DNA of 64,000 nt from Aphanothece sp. GTDB lineage: Bacteria; Cyanobacteriota; Cyanobacteriia; PCC-6307; Cyanobiaceae. A program made the translations under genes and the position numbers. A model generated the notes under the pieces. That model was not told where the DNA came from and did not search any database. It saw nothing but the letters and a program-made list of their open reading frames with translations. Below, piece after piece: positions 12,074 to 22,299 of this stretch; position 1 is the stretch's first letter, and each line of letters opens with the position of its first letter. The DNA lies in assembly GCA_040381155.1 (NCBI GenBank), contig JBEIHT010000002.1:194-64193 (forward strand), given 5' to 3'.

Positions 12074-13266
12074 ATGAACGGCCCGACGGATCGTCTTCCC
12101 CGCACCCTGATGCTGCTGGGCTGCGGTGAACTGGGGAAGGAGGTGGCGATTGCCGCCCAGCGGCTGGGCTGCCATGTGATCGCCGTAGACCGCTACGCCG
12201 GGGCACCCGCAATGCAGGTCGCAGACGTAGCGGAGGTGGTGGCGATGGGAGAGGCGGAGGCCCTGCGAGCCGTGGTGCGCCGCCACCGGCCCGACCTGGT
12301 GATCCCTGAGATCGAGGCTCTGGCGGTGGATGCCCTGGCCGAGCTGGAAGCGGAAGGCCTCACGGTGATCCCCACGGCGCGGGCGACGGCGGTCACGATG
12401 AACCGTGACCGCATCCGTGATCTGGCGGCAGGAGAGCTGGGGCTTCGCACCGCCCGCTACGCCTACGCCGGCAACGCCAGAGAGCTGGCGGAGGAGGCCC
12501 CAGCGCTGGGCTGGCCGGTGGTGGTGAAGCCGGTGATGAGTTCCTCCGGCAAGGGGCAGACCGTGGTGGCGGGGCCCGAGGGGATCGAGGCCGCCTGGCA
12601 AAACGCGATGGCGGGGGCGCGCGGTGTCGGCACCCGGGTGATCGTGGAGGAATTCCTGCGCTTCTCCTTGGAGATCACCCTGCTGACGGTGAAGCCCTGG
12701 CAAGGGGCAACCCTGTTCTGCCCGCCGATCGGCCATCTCCAGGAGCGAGGGGACTACCAGTGCAGCTGGCAGCCCGCCCCCTGGGCGAGCGCCAGCTCCA
12801 GGCCGCCCAGGCGATGGCTCGCACGGTCACAGACGCCCTCGGCGGCGCCGGCCTGTTTGGAGTGGAGTTCTTCCTCTGCGGTGAGCCCGGAGCGGAGGAC
12901 GTGGTGTTCTCGGAACTCTCGCCCCGGCCGCACGACACGGGCCTGGTCACGCTGCTGAGCCAGAACCTCAGCGAGTTTGAGCTGCACCTGCGCGCCGTGC
13001 TCGGGCTGCCGATTCCAGAGATCCGCAACCTGGGAGCCGCCGCCTCACGGGTGATCCTGGCGACGGAGTCGGGGGAATCGGCTTACTACGAGGGGGTGGC
13101 GGAGGCCCTGGCGCAGCCGGAGAGCCAGGTGCTGCTCTTCGGCAAGGCGGAGGCCCGTCCCGGCCGCCGCATGGGCGTGGCCCTGGCCCGCGGGTCCGAT
13201 CTGGCGGAGGCTCGGGCCAGGGCGGACGCGGCGGCGGCGGCTGTGCGGGTGGTGATCGGCCCATGA
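12074..13266 (+). pseudogene. purT: Formate-dependent phosphoribosylglycinamide formyltransferase, frameshifted near 12777-12781 (or a sequencing error)
   Basis: N-terminal half (LGCGELGKE, KPVMSSSGKGQ, GDYQCSWQP) lies in one frame; C-terminal half (GLFGVEFF, FSELSPRPHDTG, RRMGVALA) lies in another. One extra C in the C5 run would join them. Confidence 0.85.
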
Positions 13267-13328
13267 ACCGTCGTCCCCCCTGGTGAGAACAGGTGGCGCG
13301 CCTTATGGTTCGGCCAGCTTTCCGCACC

Positions 13329-14357
13329 ATGAGCCAGGCCCGATCCCATCAGCCATCCCCACGGCGACCGCGGGGGCGCTCTGGCCGACGCGCCAGTACG
13401 TTGTCCCCTGGACGGATCTCCGACCAGAACCCCGGGAGCGTGCCGGAACTGCTCAGTCGACGTCAGTCAGCCCCTTCCAGCATCCCCCGCCGCCGCGGAC
13501 CCCACCGTCTCTTGGTGTTCGGCCTGGGACTGGCCCTGGGCTACGGCTTTGCCGGTCCCCTGCCGGCGCTGCTGGGGCCCACCGTGGCGGCCCTTGTGCA
13601 TGCGCCCCACGGCATCGCAGCGATCGTCGACCCCCTGGGCATCGGCCAGCGGCAGGTGCTGGTGATGGGCAGTGATGTGGTCGGCGGCAACACCGACGTG
13701 ATGTTCACCGTCCAGGTGAAGGATGGGATCACCCAGATCCTGCAGGTGCCCCGCGACACCTACGTGGAATCCGAGCCGCTGGGGGTGGTGAAGGCCAATG
13801 CCCTCTACGCGAGCGCCGGTCCTGAAAGCGTCAAGACCGAGGTGGGGCGTCTGGTGGGCGCACCCGTGCAGAAGCACCTCAAGGTCAATCTGGATGCGGT
13901 GATCAAGGTGGCGGATGCCCTCGGCGGCGTCGAGGTCGACGTGGCCAAGCCGATGTACTACGTGGATAACGCCCAAGGCCTGCTGATCGACCTCTATCCC
14001 GGCCGCCAGGTGCTGCGGGGTGCCCAACTGGAGGGCTTCCTGCGTTTCCGCCACGACGAACTGGGGGATCTGGGCCGGATGCAACGGCAGCGACTGGTCC
14101 TCGCCGAGGTGTTCCGCAAACTGGTCCAGCCCAGCACCCTGGCGCAGATGCCAGCCTTGCTGAAGATCGCTGGCGAGGACATCCACACCGATCTCTCACC
14201 GATCGAGATGACCCAGCTGGTCACGGCCATGACCCGTTCACGGCTCAGCACCCAGCGCCTGCCGGGTCGTCTGTACTGGCACAACGACCTCAGCTACTGG
14301 ATGCCCGACTCAAACCTTGCTCACCCAACGGGCAACGGCGAGGAACCCACCCTCTGA
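13329..14357 (+). CDS. LCP (LytR-CpsA-Psr) family glycopolymer transferase
   Basis: N-terminal TM, then VLVMGSD, NTDVM, VPRDT, DALGGVEV, FLRFRH and GDLGRMQRQ motifs. Confidence 0.9.
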   Translation: MSQARSHQPSPRRPRGRSGRRASTLSPGRISDQNPGSVPELLSRRQSAPSSIPRRRGPHRLLVFGLGLALGYGFAGPLPALLGPTVAALVHAPHGIAAIVDPLGIGQRQVLVMGSDVVGGNTDVMFTVQVKDGITQILQVPRDTYVESEPLGVVKANALYASAGPESVKTEVGRLVGAPVQKHLKVNLDAVIKVADALGGVEVDVAKPMYYVDNAQGLLIDLYPGRQVLRGAQLEGFLRFRHDELGDLGRMQRQRLVLAEVFRKLVQPSTLAQMPALLKIAGEDIHTDLSPIEMTQLVTAMTRSRLSTQRLPGRLYWHNDLSYWMPDSNLAHPTGNGEEPTL

Positions 14358-14361
14358 CCCC

Positions 14362-15888
14362 TCAGGGGGCCAGGGAGGCGGTGGGGACGAGCACCAGGGG
14401 GATCCGGGGGTTGCCCCAGCCACCGGGAGCCAGCAGGGGCGGCGCCCCGAGCTGGGGAAGGACGGCGGGGCCCGCGGCGTAGGCCGCGTCCGCCCAGCGC
14501 AGCAGCAGGACCCGCAGCGGGCCGCCGTCGCCGTTGCCGCGCAGGTTGAAGTGGTCGCCCCCTTCGGCCAGCACCAGCTGGTGCCCCTGTTCGGAGGGGT
14601 GGCGGAAGCGCTGGATCGCCTCAGGGCCCGGTGGCACCACCCAGTCGCGGCTACCCGAGATCAACAGGGTGCGGGCATTCATTGCCCGGGCCGCGTTGTG
14701 GTCGAAGAGCAGGCTGATCGGCGGGCTGACGGCCGCCACGGCCACCACCCGTGGGTCCGCCAGCGAGGGGCCGTCGGCGGCGGTGAGGAAGTTGCACTGC
14801 AGCACCCAGCTGATGTTCCGCTCCGGATCGGCGGGGTTGTCGCAGCGTTCTCGCAGACGGCGGGAGCTGGGGGCGGCGCCCGCCAGCTGCAGGGCGGTGG
14901 TGGCCCCCCAGGAATGGCCGAACACCACCACGCGGCGCGTGTCGATGCCGGCGAAGCCCGTCACACCCCCGGCCCCGACCGCGTCGATGACAGCGCTCAC
15001 ATCCAGCGGCCGCAGCCGCAGCTCCTGGGGACTGGGGGGTGGCACCTTGCCGGAAAGCATCGCCCGCTGCTGGCTGCTGTCGCTGCCCGGGTGTTCCGGC
15101 AGCACCACGCTGTAGCCATGGCTGGCCAGGTGCTGGGCCCAGCCCTCAAAGCTGGAGGGACTGTCCCAGAGGCCATGGGAGATCACCACCAGCCGGCCAT
15201 TGGCCTGCCGCTCCGGGCGGATCACCACGATCCGCAGTGGGGCGGGGCGGTGCTTCACCGGCAGCAGCTGGTCGCCGCGCAGGGTGGGCAGGGAGCCTTC
15301 CGCCGCCTGGACCGGATCGACCGGGGCGGCGCTCAGGCGGGCCTCCAGGGCCTTGGCGGGGCTGAACTGGTCACGCATGCGCCGGATGCCCGCCAGGGCT
15401 TTCTGGAGATCCAGGGTGGCCGATTCACCGGGCAGGGCCTGCAGCACCGCCTGGATCGTCACGTCACCGGAGGCCGAGGCCTTGCGCAGCGCCTCGGAGA
15501 GTTCGGCGCCGTTGAGATCGGCGGGGACCCCATCGATCGAACCGAGGGTGGACGCCAGCAGCAGCACCTGCTCGAACATCGGCGTGCCCACGGAGTTGCG
15601 GAGCAGGTCCTGGGTGGAGACGGGCAGGGGGGTGGAGAACAGCTCGACGATGCGCCGACCCAGCGCCCCGTCGGTGGCCCGGTCGATCTCCGCCAGATCA
15701 CTGCTGCCGTGGAGCAGGCGATCGGGGCTCGCCAGTTCGCTCACCTCCACGTCGAAGCTGATCTGCAGCAGGGGCAGCTGCAACTCCACCCGCTGCAGGG
15801 CCGCGGCCGGCACCTGGGCCCCAAGGGGCATGGCGGCGGCCAGCAGGGCGGCCAGCAGGGGGCGCCGAAGGGAGGGCAAGTGAGGCAT
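14362..15888 (-). CDS. Alpha/beta hydrolase with N-terminal DUF1400-like domain
   Basis: Signal peptide, then VISHGL, HPGS, RPLDVS, GHSWG nucleophile elbow and GGDHF. Confidence 0.85.
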   Translation of the reverse strand: MPHLPSLRRPLLAALLAAAMPLGAQVPAAALQRVELQLPLLQISFDVEVSELASPDRLLHGSSDLAEIDRATDGALGRRIVELFSTPLPVSTQDLLRNSVGTPMFEQVLLLASTLGSIDGVPADLNGAELSEALRKASASGDVTIQAVLQALPGESATLDLQKALAGIRRMRDQFSPAKALEARLSAAPVDPVQAAEGSLPTLRGDQLLPVKHRPAPLRIVVIRPERQANGRLVVISHGLWDSPSSFEGWAQHLASHGYSVVLPEHPGSDSSQQRAMLSGKVPPPSPQELRLRPLDVSAVIDAVGAGGVTGFAGIDTRRVVVFGHSWGATTALQLAGAAPSSRRLRERCDNPADPERNISWVLQCNFLTAADGPSLADPRVVAVAAVSPPISLLFDHNAARAMNARTLLISGSRDWVVPPGPEAIQRFRHPSEQGHQLVLAEGGDHFNLRGNGDGGPLRVLLLRWADAAYAAGPAVLPQLGAPPLLAPGGWGNPRIPLVLVPTASLAP

Positions 15889-15942
15889 CGGGCGCGGGCC
15901 GGGGGAGAGGGCTGGGGGCAGGGGACTGCATCGCCAGGGGGA

Positions 15943-17001
15943 TCACCCCCGTTGCGGCCGATCGGGGGGCCGCTGCATGAGCTGATTCTGCAGGTGGTGG
16001 ATCCGGCGCAGCAACAGAACCTCCGGCAGACAGCACGGTGGCGGTGGCGGCGCCACGGCGGGAACCTCCAGCTGGGTCTGGGTGAGGGACAGGGCCGGGG
16101 CGATCGTGTCGGCGAACAGATCGCTCGCCTCGTAGCAGGGAGACCCGGGGGCGCCGGCGAGGCTGGTGGGGCCGATCGTGTGGGCGCGCCAGAACGCCTC
16201 CAGCTGGCGCTGCGCCTCGATGTCGAGCAGCATCTGGCTCTGCCAGCCGTGCTCGAACGGAAAACTTTCCTGCCGCAGTTGGCGGGCCTGGGCGAGACGC
16301 ATCGCCAGTCGGCGACGGCTGAGCAAGGGCAGATGGATGGCGTGAAAGCTGTCAACGGCCAGGCTGGGCTCCTTCAGATCCCAGCTCTCGACGGGGTGGA
16401 GTCGGTGGGCGCCGGGTCCGATCCAGCGATCCCGCAGCGCGCCGATCCGGAACAGGCTCTTGTCGACGAAGCGCAGGTCGAAGAAGTTCAGGAAACCCCG
16501 CCGGATGTCCGCGGCCAGCTGGGACGGGGGCAGATCCAGGAAGACGCAGGGCAGGGCACGGTGGCGCAGGCGTGGGTAGCTCGTCAGGTCGAGATCGTCG
16601 AAGTCGTCCGGGGCGATCCAGTTCCAGATCCGATAGCGCAGCTCGGCCAACTCGGGAGGAAGGCCCTCGAGCAGGCCGGGCAGCGGCATCACCGGAGAGA
16701 CGGCGAACTCATCGGCGTCGAAGACGTACAACCAGTCGCCGGCGGCGGCCTCGGCGACGACCATCGACGCCAGCACGCTGACGATCGCCTCCTGCAGATA
16801 GGCGGGGCTGCGCACCTCCACCACCGTGAGGCGATCCCCCCAGTGGGCCCGCAGCCGCTGCACCCCCGCCAGGGTGGCATCCGCGCTGATCTGAACCGCG
16901 CAGTGCAGCCGTTCCACGTGGTGGAGCAGAGCATGGTTGATCGCCAACAGGCCCAGCGGCCATTCGTCGCGGATCAGGGTGAGACCGTGGATGCGGACCA
17001 C
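15943..17001 (-). CDS. Glycosyltransferase family 2-like protein
   Basis: TLIRDE, SADAT, WLYVFDADEF (DxD) and GPGAH motifs. Confidence 0.75.
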   Translation of the reverse strand: MVRIHGLTLIRDEWPLGLLAINHALLHHVERLHCAVQISADATLAGVQRLRAHWGDRLTVVEVRSPAYLQEAIVSVLASMVVAEAAAGDWLYVFDADEFAVSPVMPLPGLLEGLPPELAELRYRIWNWIAPDDFDDLDLTSYPRLRHRALPCVFLDLPPSQLAADIRRGFLNFFDLRFVDKSLFRIGALRDRWIGPGAHRLHPVESWDLKEPSLAVDSFHAIHLPLLSRRRLAMRLAQARQLRQESFPFEHGWQSQMLLDIEAQRQLEAFWRAHTIGPTSLAGAPGSPCYEASDLFADTIAPALSLTQTQLEVPAVAPPPPPCCLPEVLLLRRIHHLQNQLMQRPPDRPQRG

Positions 17002-17004
17002 CGC

Positions 17005-17850
17005 TCAGGCCTCCAGCGGCTGCAGCCAGCCCCTGGCGACAAGGTCCTCGATCGCAATCGGGCTGCAGCGACTGAGTTGCTCCTCGTCGAAGGCGTAGGC
17101 CAGGTAGCCGGAGATCTTGCCGTCGTAGGGATCGAGCCAGGAGAGGCTTTTGCCGAGCATCACGGCGGCGACGGCGATGTGGAGGCGATCGGTGACGATG
17201 TGAGCGGCGCTGGCGACGGACTCAAGAAAGCCGTCGAGGTCGGGGGCGCAGCAGGAGAGGTCGCGGTTCAGGTCCGGGACTGGCCGAAAGGGGAGTGAGC
17301 CCAGGCAGGACCCCTTGTCGGTGCGCAGGGCGAGCAGCAGGGGGGCAAGCCGGCTGACCGTGCCCGCTGCGGCAGGGGGGGCCTGCTCATGGAATCGCCG
17401 GCACCAGAGGGCGGGATCGGGCATCAGGACGGCTCGGCCGAACCGGCGGATCGCGGCGTAGGAGCGGGGCTGGCGGGCAAAGGCCCAGACGTTGGGCTGG
17501 GCGAGGGCCTGGGCGACCGGCGCCACATCCACGTCGTAATCGGAGGGCAGCACGATCACGTGGCGGTAGAGGCTGGCGGCCGCCAGGATCAGCTCCGGCA
17601 GCCACTCATGCCAGAGGCGGGTGAGGGCGCCACTACCAGGGATCACCAGGGTGTGCTCGGGATGGCTCGCCTCAAGGGCCTCGTGATGGTCGATCCGCTC
17701 GGCGGCGATACCGTGCTGGTCAAAGAGATCGCAGCAGCCACGCCAGATCAGATGATCGCCGATGTTGCCCGGCATCCGCACGATCAATCGCAGCGGTCCG
17801 AGACCACACAACCAGGGAGCAAGGGTCTGTCCATAGAGATCCAGGCGCAC
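17005..17850 (-). CDS. Polysaccharide pyruvyl transferase family protein
   Basis: GNIGDHLI, PGSG, ARQPRS, MPDPA and IVTDRLHIAVAAVMLGK motifs. Confidence 0.85.
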   Translation of the reverse strand: MRLDLYGQTLAPWLCGLGPLRLIVRMPGNIGDHLIWRGCCDLFDQHGIAAERIDHHEALEASHPEHTLVIPGSGALTRLWHEWLPELILAAASLYRHVIVLPSDYDVDVAPVAQALAQPNVWAFARQPRSYAAIRRFGRAVLMPDPALWCRRFHEQAPPAAAGTVSRLAPLLLALRTDKGSCLGSLPFRPVPDLNRDLSCCAPDLDGFLESVASAAHIVTDRLHIAVAAVMLGKSLSWLDPYDGKISGYLAYAFDEEQLSRCSPIAIEDLVARGWLQPLEA

Positions 17851-17928
17851 GGGAGAGTTACCAGCGGTAGATCAAGGTCAGAATAATAGCGTGGAACAAG
17901 AATTGCTCGCTGAATAATGAGGCGTTCC

Positions 17929-17965
17929 CTGCTTTGCAACAGACTGCTTTGCAACAGACTGCTTT
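17929..17965. repeat. 15-bp tandem repeat CTGCTTTGCAACAGA, about 2.5 copies
   Basis: Read directly: ctgctttgcaacaga ctgctttgcaacaga ctgcttt. Confidence 0.85.
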
Positions 17966-18353
17966 TCAATCTTGATTCCTCGCCCAGGGTCTTAGGGGGG
18001 CCTGCATCGAGGCAACGCTGGAATAGGGCCAGATCTGGTCACAATGCAGTCCGCTGCTCAGGCCTTCTGGGGGGCACGGGAACCTGAAGCAAGCTGCCGA
18101 ATGGAATCAGCGCATCAACACCCCCCATTAGAACTGGGGTTCAGGCTGGGCTGGGCTGGGGAATCACTGGAAACCAGTTGAGCGGCTGCTGTAGATTGTG
18201 ATCGGCGAACAACTCATTGGCCCTGCGCACTTTGGTTTGTTTGTCAGAGCGGAAGCAAGCGATGATTTGTGGCGACCGCAACCTGTGGCTCAGGAGGGAG
18301 TTGGTCGCAAACTTATGCTATGCTAGGCTAGCACAGTCTGGACAATTGCCATT

Positions 18354-19211
18354 GTGATTCTCCCTCCAGAGCTTGACCTTGCGACCTACGCAGAACACAA
18401 TCCAGATTTGCAGGCATTCAGCCAGGAGCAATTGCGCCAGCATTGGCATGAATTTGGACAGCACGAAGGACGAATAGCCTCTAAAGTTACAGATCGAAAT
18501 GCGTTTTTGGGACTTTTAATTCTTAAATCCAAACTTCTTGAAATTGGAGTCTTTGATAATCCGACTCTTGAATTTCTTCGAAATGAAACAAGAATAATTC
18601 ACTATGCTGATTGGCTTAGCAAGGAGGGCCTCATCAGCCGGGCCACTCTCTTGCCAAACAGAATTCCTGAGCGGGTACCAGACATCCAATGGATTTTAGC
18701 CCAAGGCTATGATCAGATTACCACAAAGTACGATGCCGTTGTTTCCCATCATTGCGTTGAACATCAGCCCGATTTGATTCGGCACTTTATCAATATACAT
18801 TCTATTCTTGAGCCAGGTGGCTGTTACTTTTTTACAATACCAGACAAACGTCGCTGCTTTGATCATTTTATCAACGTCTCCACGATTGTTGACGTCCTTG
18901 AGGCTTACTATTTGGAAAAAACTTCGCCTTCATTCAAGTCTGTTCTCGAACATAGGTGTTTTATCGACCATACGTATCCCCTTGGCAGCAATCCTTACCA
19001 GGTCAAGGATCCAAATGTTAAAGAAAAGTTTGCACGTGCACTTTTAGAATACAAAACAACTCCATATGTGGACGTTCATTGCTGGCAATTCACACCCTTT
19101 AGTTTTAAAGAGTTGTATGATCAGTTAACATCGTTACAATTCCTACCTCCTTATAGTGAACTTCGTGTCTATCAAGGAGCTAACGAATTCTATGTGGCGC
19201 TGGTGTTCTAA
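18354..19211 (+). CDS. Class I SAM-dependent methyltransferase-like protein (AT-rich, probably acquired)
   Basis: LLEIG, YDAVVSHHCVEHQPD, LEPGG, IPDKRRCFDH and YVDVHCWQF motifs; markedly AT-rich. Confidence 0.8.
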   Translation: MILPPELDLATYAEHNPDLQAFSQEQLRQHWHEFGQHEGRIASKVTDRNAFLGLLILKSKLLEIGVFDNPTLEFLRNETRIIHYADWLSKEGLISRATLLPNRIPERVPDIQWILAQGYDQITTKYDAVVSHHCVEHQPDLIRHFINIHSILEPGGCYFFTIPDKRRCFDHFINVSTIVDVLEAYYLEKTSPSFKSVLEHRCFIDHTYPLGSNPYQVKDPNVKEKFARALLEYKTTPYVDVHCWQFTPFSFKELYDQLTSLQFLPPYSELRVYQGANEFYVALVF

Positions 19212-22200
19212 CAAGCTCCACTCACCTCCACTTCACTCAGAGTGGCTTGCAGCCCTGGCGGGTGCTGCGCGAGAACCTGCTTGAGGTATCTGCCGGTGTG
19301 ACTGGTGCCATGCTCCGCCACAGCCTCCGGTGTACCGCACACCACGATTTTCCCCCCCTTGTCGCCACCCTCGGGGCCCAGATCGATGATCCAGTCGGCG
19401 CAGCGGATCACATCGAGATTGTGCTCGATTACCAGGATTGAATTGCCCTTGTCCACCAGGCGCTGGATCACATCCATCAGCTTGTGGACGTCGTAGAAGC
19501 TCAGGCCGGTGGTGGGTTCGTCGATCAGGTAGAGGGTTTTGCCCGTGGCGCGGCGGCTCAGCTCGGTGGCCAGCTTCACCCGCTGGGCCTCACCGCCCGA
19601 GAGGGTGGGCGCCGGCTGACCCAGCTTGATGTAGCCCAGACCCACATCCACCAGCGTGCGCAGCCGTTCGGCCGCCTGGGGGATGGCGGTGAACACCTCG
19701 GCAGCCTGCTCCACCGTCATCTCCAGCACGTCGGCGATCGTGTGGCCGCGGTAGGTGACCTGGAGCGTTTCCCGGTTGTAGCGGGCGCCTTTGCAGACAT
19801 CGCACTGCACGTAGACATCCGGCAGGAAATTCATCTCGATCACATTCACCCCCTGACCACCGCAGGCCTCGCAGCGCCCCCCCTTGACATTGAAGCTGAA
19901 CTGTCCCACCTGATAGCCGCGGGCCTTGGCCTCCACCGTGGCGGCGAACACCTGGCGGATCGGATCGAAGGCGCCGGTGTAGGTGGCGGGATTGGAGCGG
20001 GGGGTGCGGCCGATCGGCGACTGGTCGATGACGATCACCTTGTCGATCGCCTGGATGCCGCGCAGCTCCGCCAGGCCGGCGGGGAAGGGCACCTTCAGGC
20101 CGAGGCGGTGCTCGAGGGCCGGGTGCAGCAGCTCGTTGATCAGGGTGCTCTTGCCGCTGCCGCTCACGCCGGTGACGCACACCAGGCGGCCGAGCGGGAT
20201 CTCCACATCAATGCCCTGCAGGTTGTTGCGGCTGGCATTGACGAGCGTGAGGCAGCGGCTGCCGGCGGAGCGCCGCTCGGCGGGGGTGGGGATGGAGCGG
20301 CGGCCGCTGAGGTAGGCGCCGGTGAGGGACTGCTCGGAGTCGAGCAGATCCTGGAGGCTGCCCTCGGCGACGATGCGGCCGCCATGGACGCCGGCGCCGG
20401 GGCCGATGTCGACCAGGTGGTCGGCGGCGCGGATCGTGTCCTCGTCGTGTTCGACGACGATCAGGGTGTTGCCCAGGTCGCGCAGGCGGGTGAGGGTGGC
20501 CAGCAGGCGGTCGTTGTCCCGCTGATGCAGACCGATGCTGGGCTCATCGAGCACATAGAGCACGCCGGTGAGGCCGGCGCCGATCTGGGTGGCCAGGCGG
20601 ATCCGCTGCGCCTCCCCGCCGGAGAGGGTCATCGCCGGCCGGTCGAGGGTGATGTAGTCGAGACCGACATCGATCAGGAAGCGCAGGCGCAGGCGGATCT
20701 CCCGCAGCACCAGGTCGCCGATCTGGATCTGGCGGGGGGTGAGCAGGGGGTCGCTGCCCTCGCTGGCCCCCACCCCCATCAGCGCCTCGATGCGCTCCAG
20801 CGTCTGGCCGACGCTGACGCAGGTGAGCTCATGGATGCGGAAGGGTCCCACCTTCACCGCCAGGGCCTCGGGCCGCAGGCGCAGGCCGCGGCAGGTGGCA
20901 CAGGGCACCAGCTCCAGATACTTCTCCAGCTTCTGGCGGATCGCTTCGCCGCTGGCATCCCGCAGCTGGCGCTCCAGGATCGGCAGCACCCCTTCAAAGG
21001 GTCGCTGATAGCCGCTGGCCTTTTTGTAGCGGCTGTCGGCCTGGATCGTGATCGGCTCGCCGGAGCCGTGCAACAGCACCTGGCGCTGCTCATCGCTGAG
21101 CTGGTTCCAGGGGGTCTTGAGCTCGAAGCCGAAGGCTTCGCCCACCGAGTAGAGCAGCGAGAAGTAGTAGGAGTTGTCCTTGTCGCTCCAGGGGGCAATC
21201 GCGGCGTACACCGGCAGGCTGGGATCGGGCACCACCCGCTCCATCGTGAAGGTGCGCAGGTGGCCGATCCCGTGGCAATCCGCGCAGGCGCCGTAGGGGC
21301 TGTTGAAGGAGAACAGGCGGGGGGAGAGCTCCTCCATCACCGCACCGTGCACGGGGCAGGCGAAGTTTTCGGAATAGAGGCGCTCCCGCTCCAGGCCCTC
21401 GGGCAGGTCTTCGCCCGCCTTGGGCACCACCTCCACCAGGGCCAGCCCCTCGCCACGCTTGAGGGCGGTGCCGAGGGAATCGGTGAGCCGCTCCTGCACC
21501 CCCTCGCGGGCGACGAGGCGGTCGACGACCACTTCGATGTTGTGGGCGTGGTTCTTGTCGAGCTCGATGTTGTCCGCCAGCTCGCGCACCTCCCCGTTGA
21601 TGCGCACCCGGGCGAAGCCTTCCGCCGCCAGACCGGAGAGCAGCTTCACGTGGGTGCCCTTCTTGCCGCGCACCACCGGCGCCAGCAGCTGGTAGCGGGT
21701 GCCCTCCGGAAGGGTGAGGATCTGATCCACCATCTCATCGATGGTCTGGGGGCGGATCGAGCGGTCGCACTGGGGGCAGTGGGGCTCACCGGCGCGGCCG
21801 AACAGCAGGCGCAGGTAGTCCTGGATCTCCGTGACCGTGCCGACGGTGGAGCGGGGGTTGTGGCTGGTGGACTTCTGGTCGATCGAGATTGCCGGCGACA
21901 GCCCCTCGATCGCATCCACATCGGGCTTGTCCACCTGGCCCAGAAACTGGCGGGCGTAGGCGGAGAGGCTTTCGACGTAGCGGCGCTGGCCCTCGGCGAA
22001 GATCGTGTCGAAGGCCAGGGAGCTCTTGCCGCTGCCGCTCACGCCGGTGAACACCACCAGGCGGTTGCGGGGGATCGTGAGATCCACATCGCGCAGGTTG
22101 TGCTGGCGGGCGCCCCGCACCCGGATCACGTCCTCAAGGGAACCGCCGCTGAGCAGCCGATGGGACGCCCCGCCTTCGCTTCCGCTGGCGTTCCCGGTTC

Positions 22201-22249
22201 CACTTCCTTTTCCGTTTCTAGCGGTGGACCCGGCGCTGGCGCGGGGCAT
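19208..22249 (-). CDS. uvrA: Excinuclease ABC subunit A
   Basis: Two GVSGSGKS Walker A motifs, two LSGGEAQR signatures and zinc fingers. Confidence 0.98.
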   Translation of the reverse strand: MPRASAGSTARNGKGSGTGNASGSEGGASHRLLSGGSLEDVIRVRGARQHNLRDVDLTIPRNRLVVFTGVSGSGKSSLAFDTIFAEGQRRYVESLSAYARQFLGQVDKPDVDAIEGLSPAISIDQKSTSHNPRSTVGTVTEIQDYLRLLFGRAGEPHCPQCDRSIRPQTIDEMVDQILTLPEGTRYQLLAPVVRGKKGTHVKLLSGLAAEGFARVRINGEVRELADNIELDKNHAHNIEVVVDRLVAREGVQERLTDSLGTALKRGEGLALVEVVPKAGEDLPEGLERERLYSENFACPVHGAVMEELSPRLFSFNSPYGACADCHGIGHLRTFTMERVVPDPSLPVYAAIAPWSDKDNSYYFSLLYSVGEAFGFELKTPWNQLSDEQRQVLLHGSGEPITIQADSRYKKASGYQRPFEGVLPILERQLRDASGEAIRQKLEKYLELVPCATCRGLRLRPEALAVKVGPFRIHELTCVSVGQTLERIEALMGVGASEGSDPLLTPRQIQIGDLVLREIRLRLRFLIDVGLDYITLDRPAMTLSGGEAQRIRLATQIGAGLTGVLYVLDEPSIGLHQRDNDRLLATLTRLRDLGNTLIVVEHDEDTIRAADHLVDIGPGAGVHGGRIVAEGSLQDLLDSEQSLTGAYLSGRRSIPTPAERRSAGSRCLTLVNASRNNLQGIDVEIPLGRLVCVTGVSGSGKSTLINELLHPALEHRLGLKVPFPAGLAELRGIQAIDKVIVIDQSPIGRTPRSNPATYTGAFDPIRQVFAATVEAKARGYQVGQFSFNVKGGRCEACGGQGVNVIEMNFLPDVYVQCDVCKGARYNRETLQVTYRGHTIADVLEMTVEQAAEVFTAIPQAAERLRTLVDVGLGYIKLGQPAPTLSGGEAQRVKLATELSRRATGKTLYLIDEPTTGLSFYDVHKLMDVIQRLVDKGNSILVIEHNLDVIRCADWIIDLGPEGGDKGGKIVVCGTPEAVAEHGTSHTGRYLKQVLAQHPPGLQATLSEVEVSGAC

Positions 22250-22299
22250 GGAGGCTGCTCGACAGCCGCTGATTCTATGGGCGGGCTCCGCGGACCGGC

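Noticed and set aside
17929-17965. Tandem repeat considered as a mini-CRISPR
   Set aside because: The units are directly adjacent with no spacers, are only 15 bp long, and no cas genes are present.
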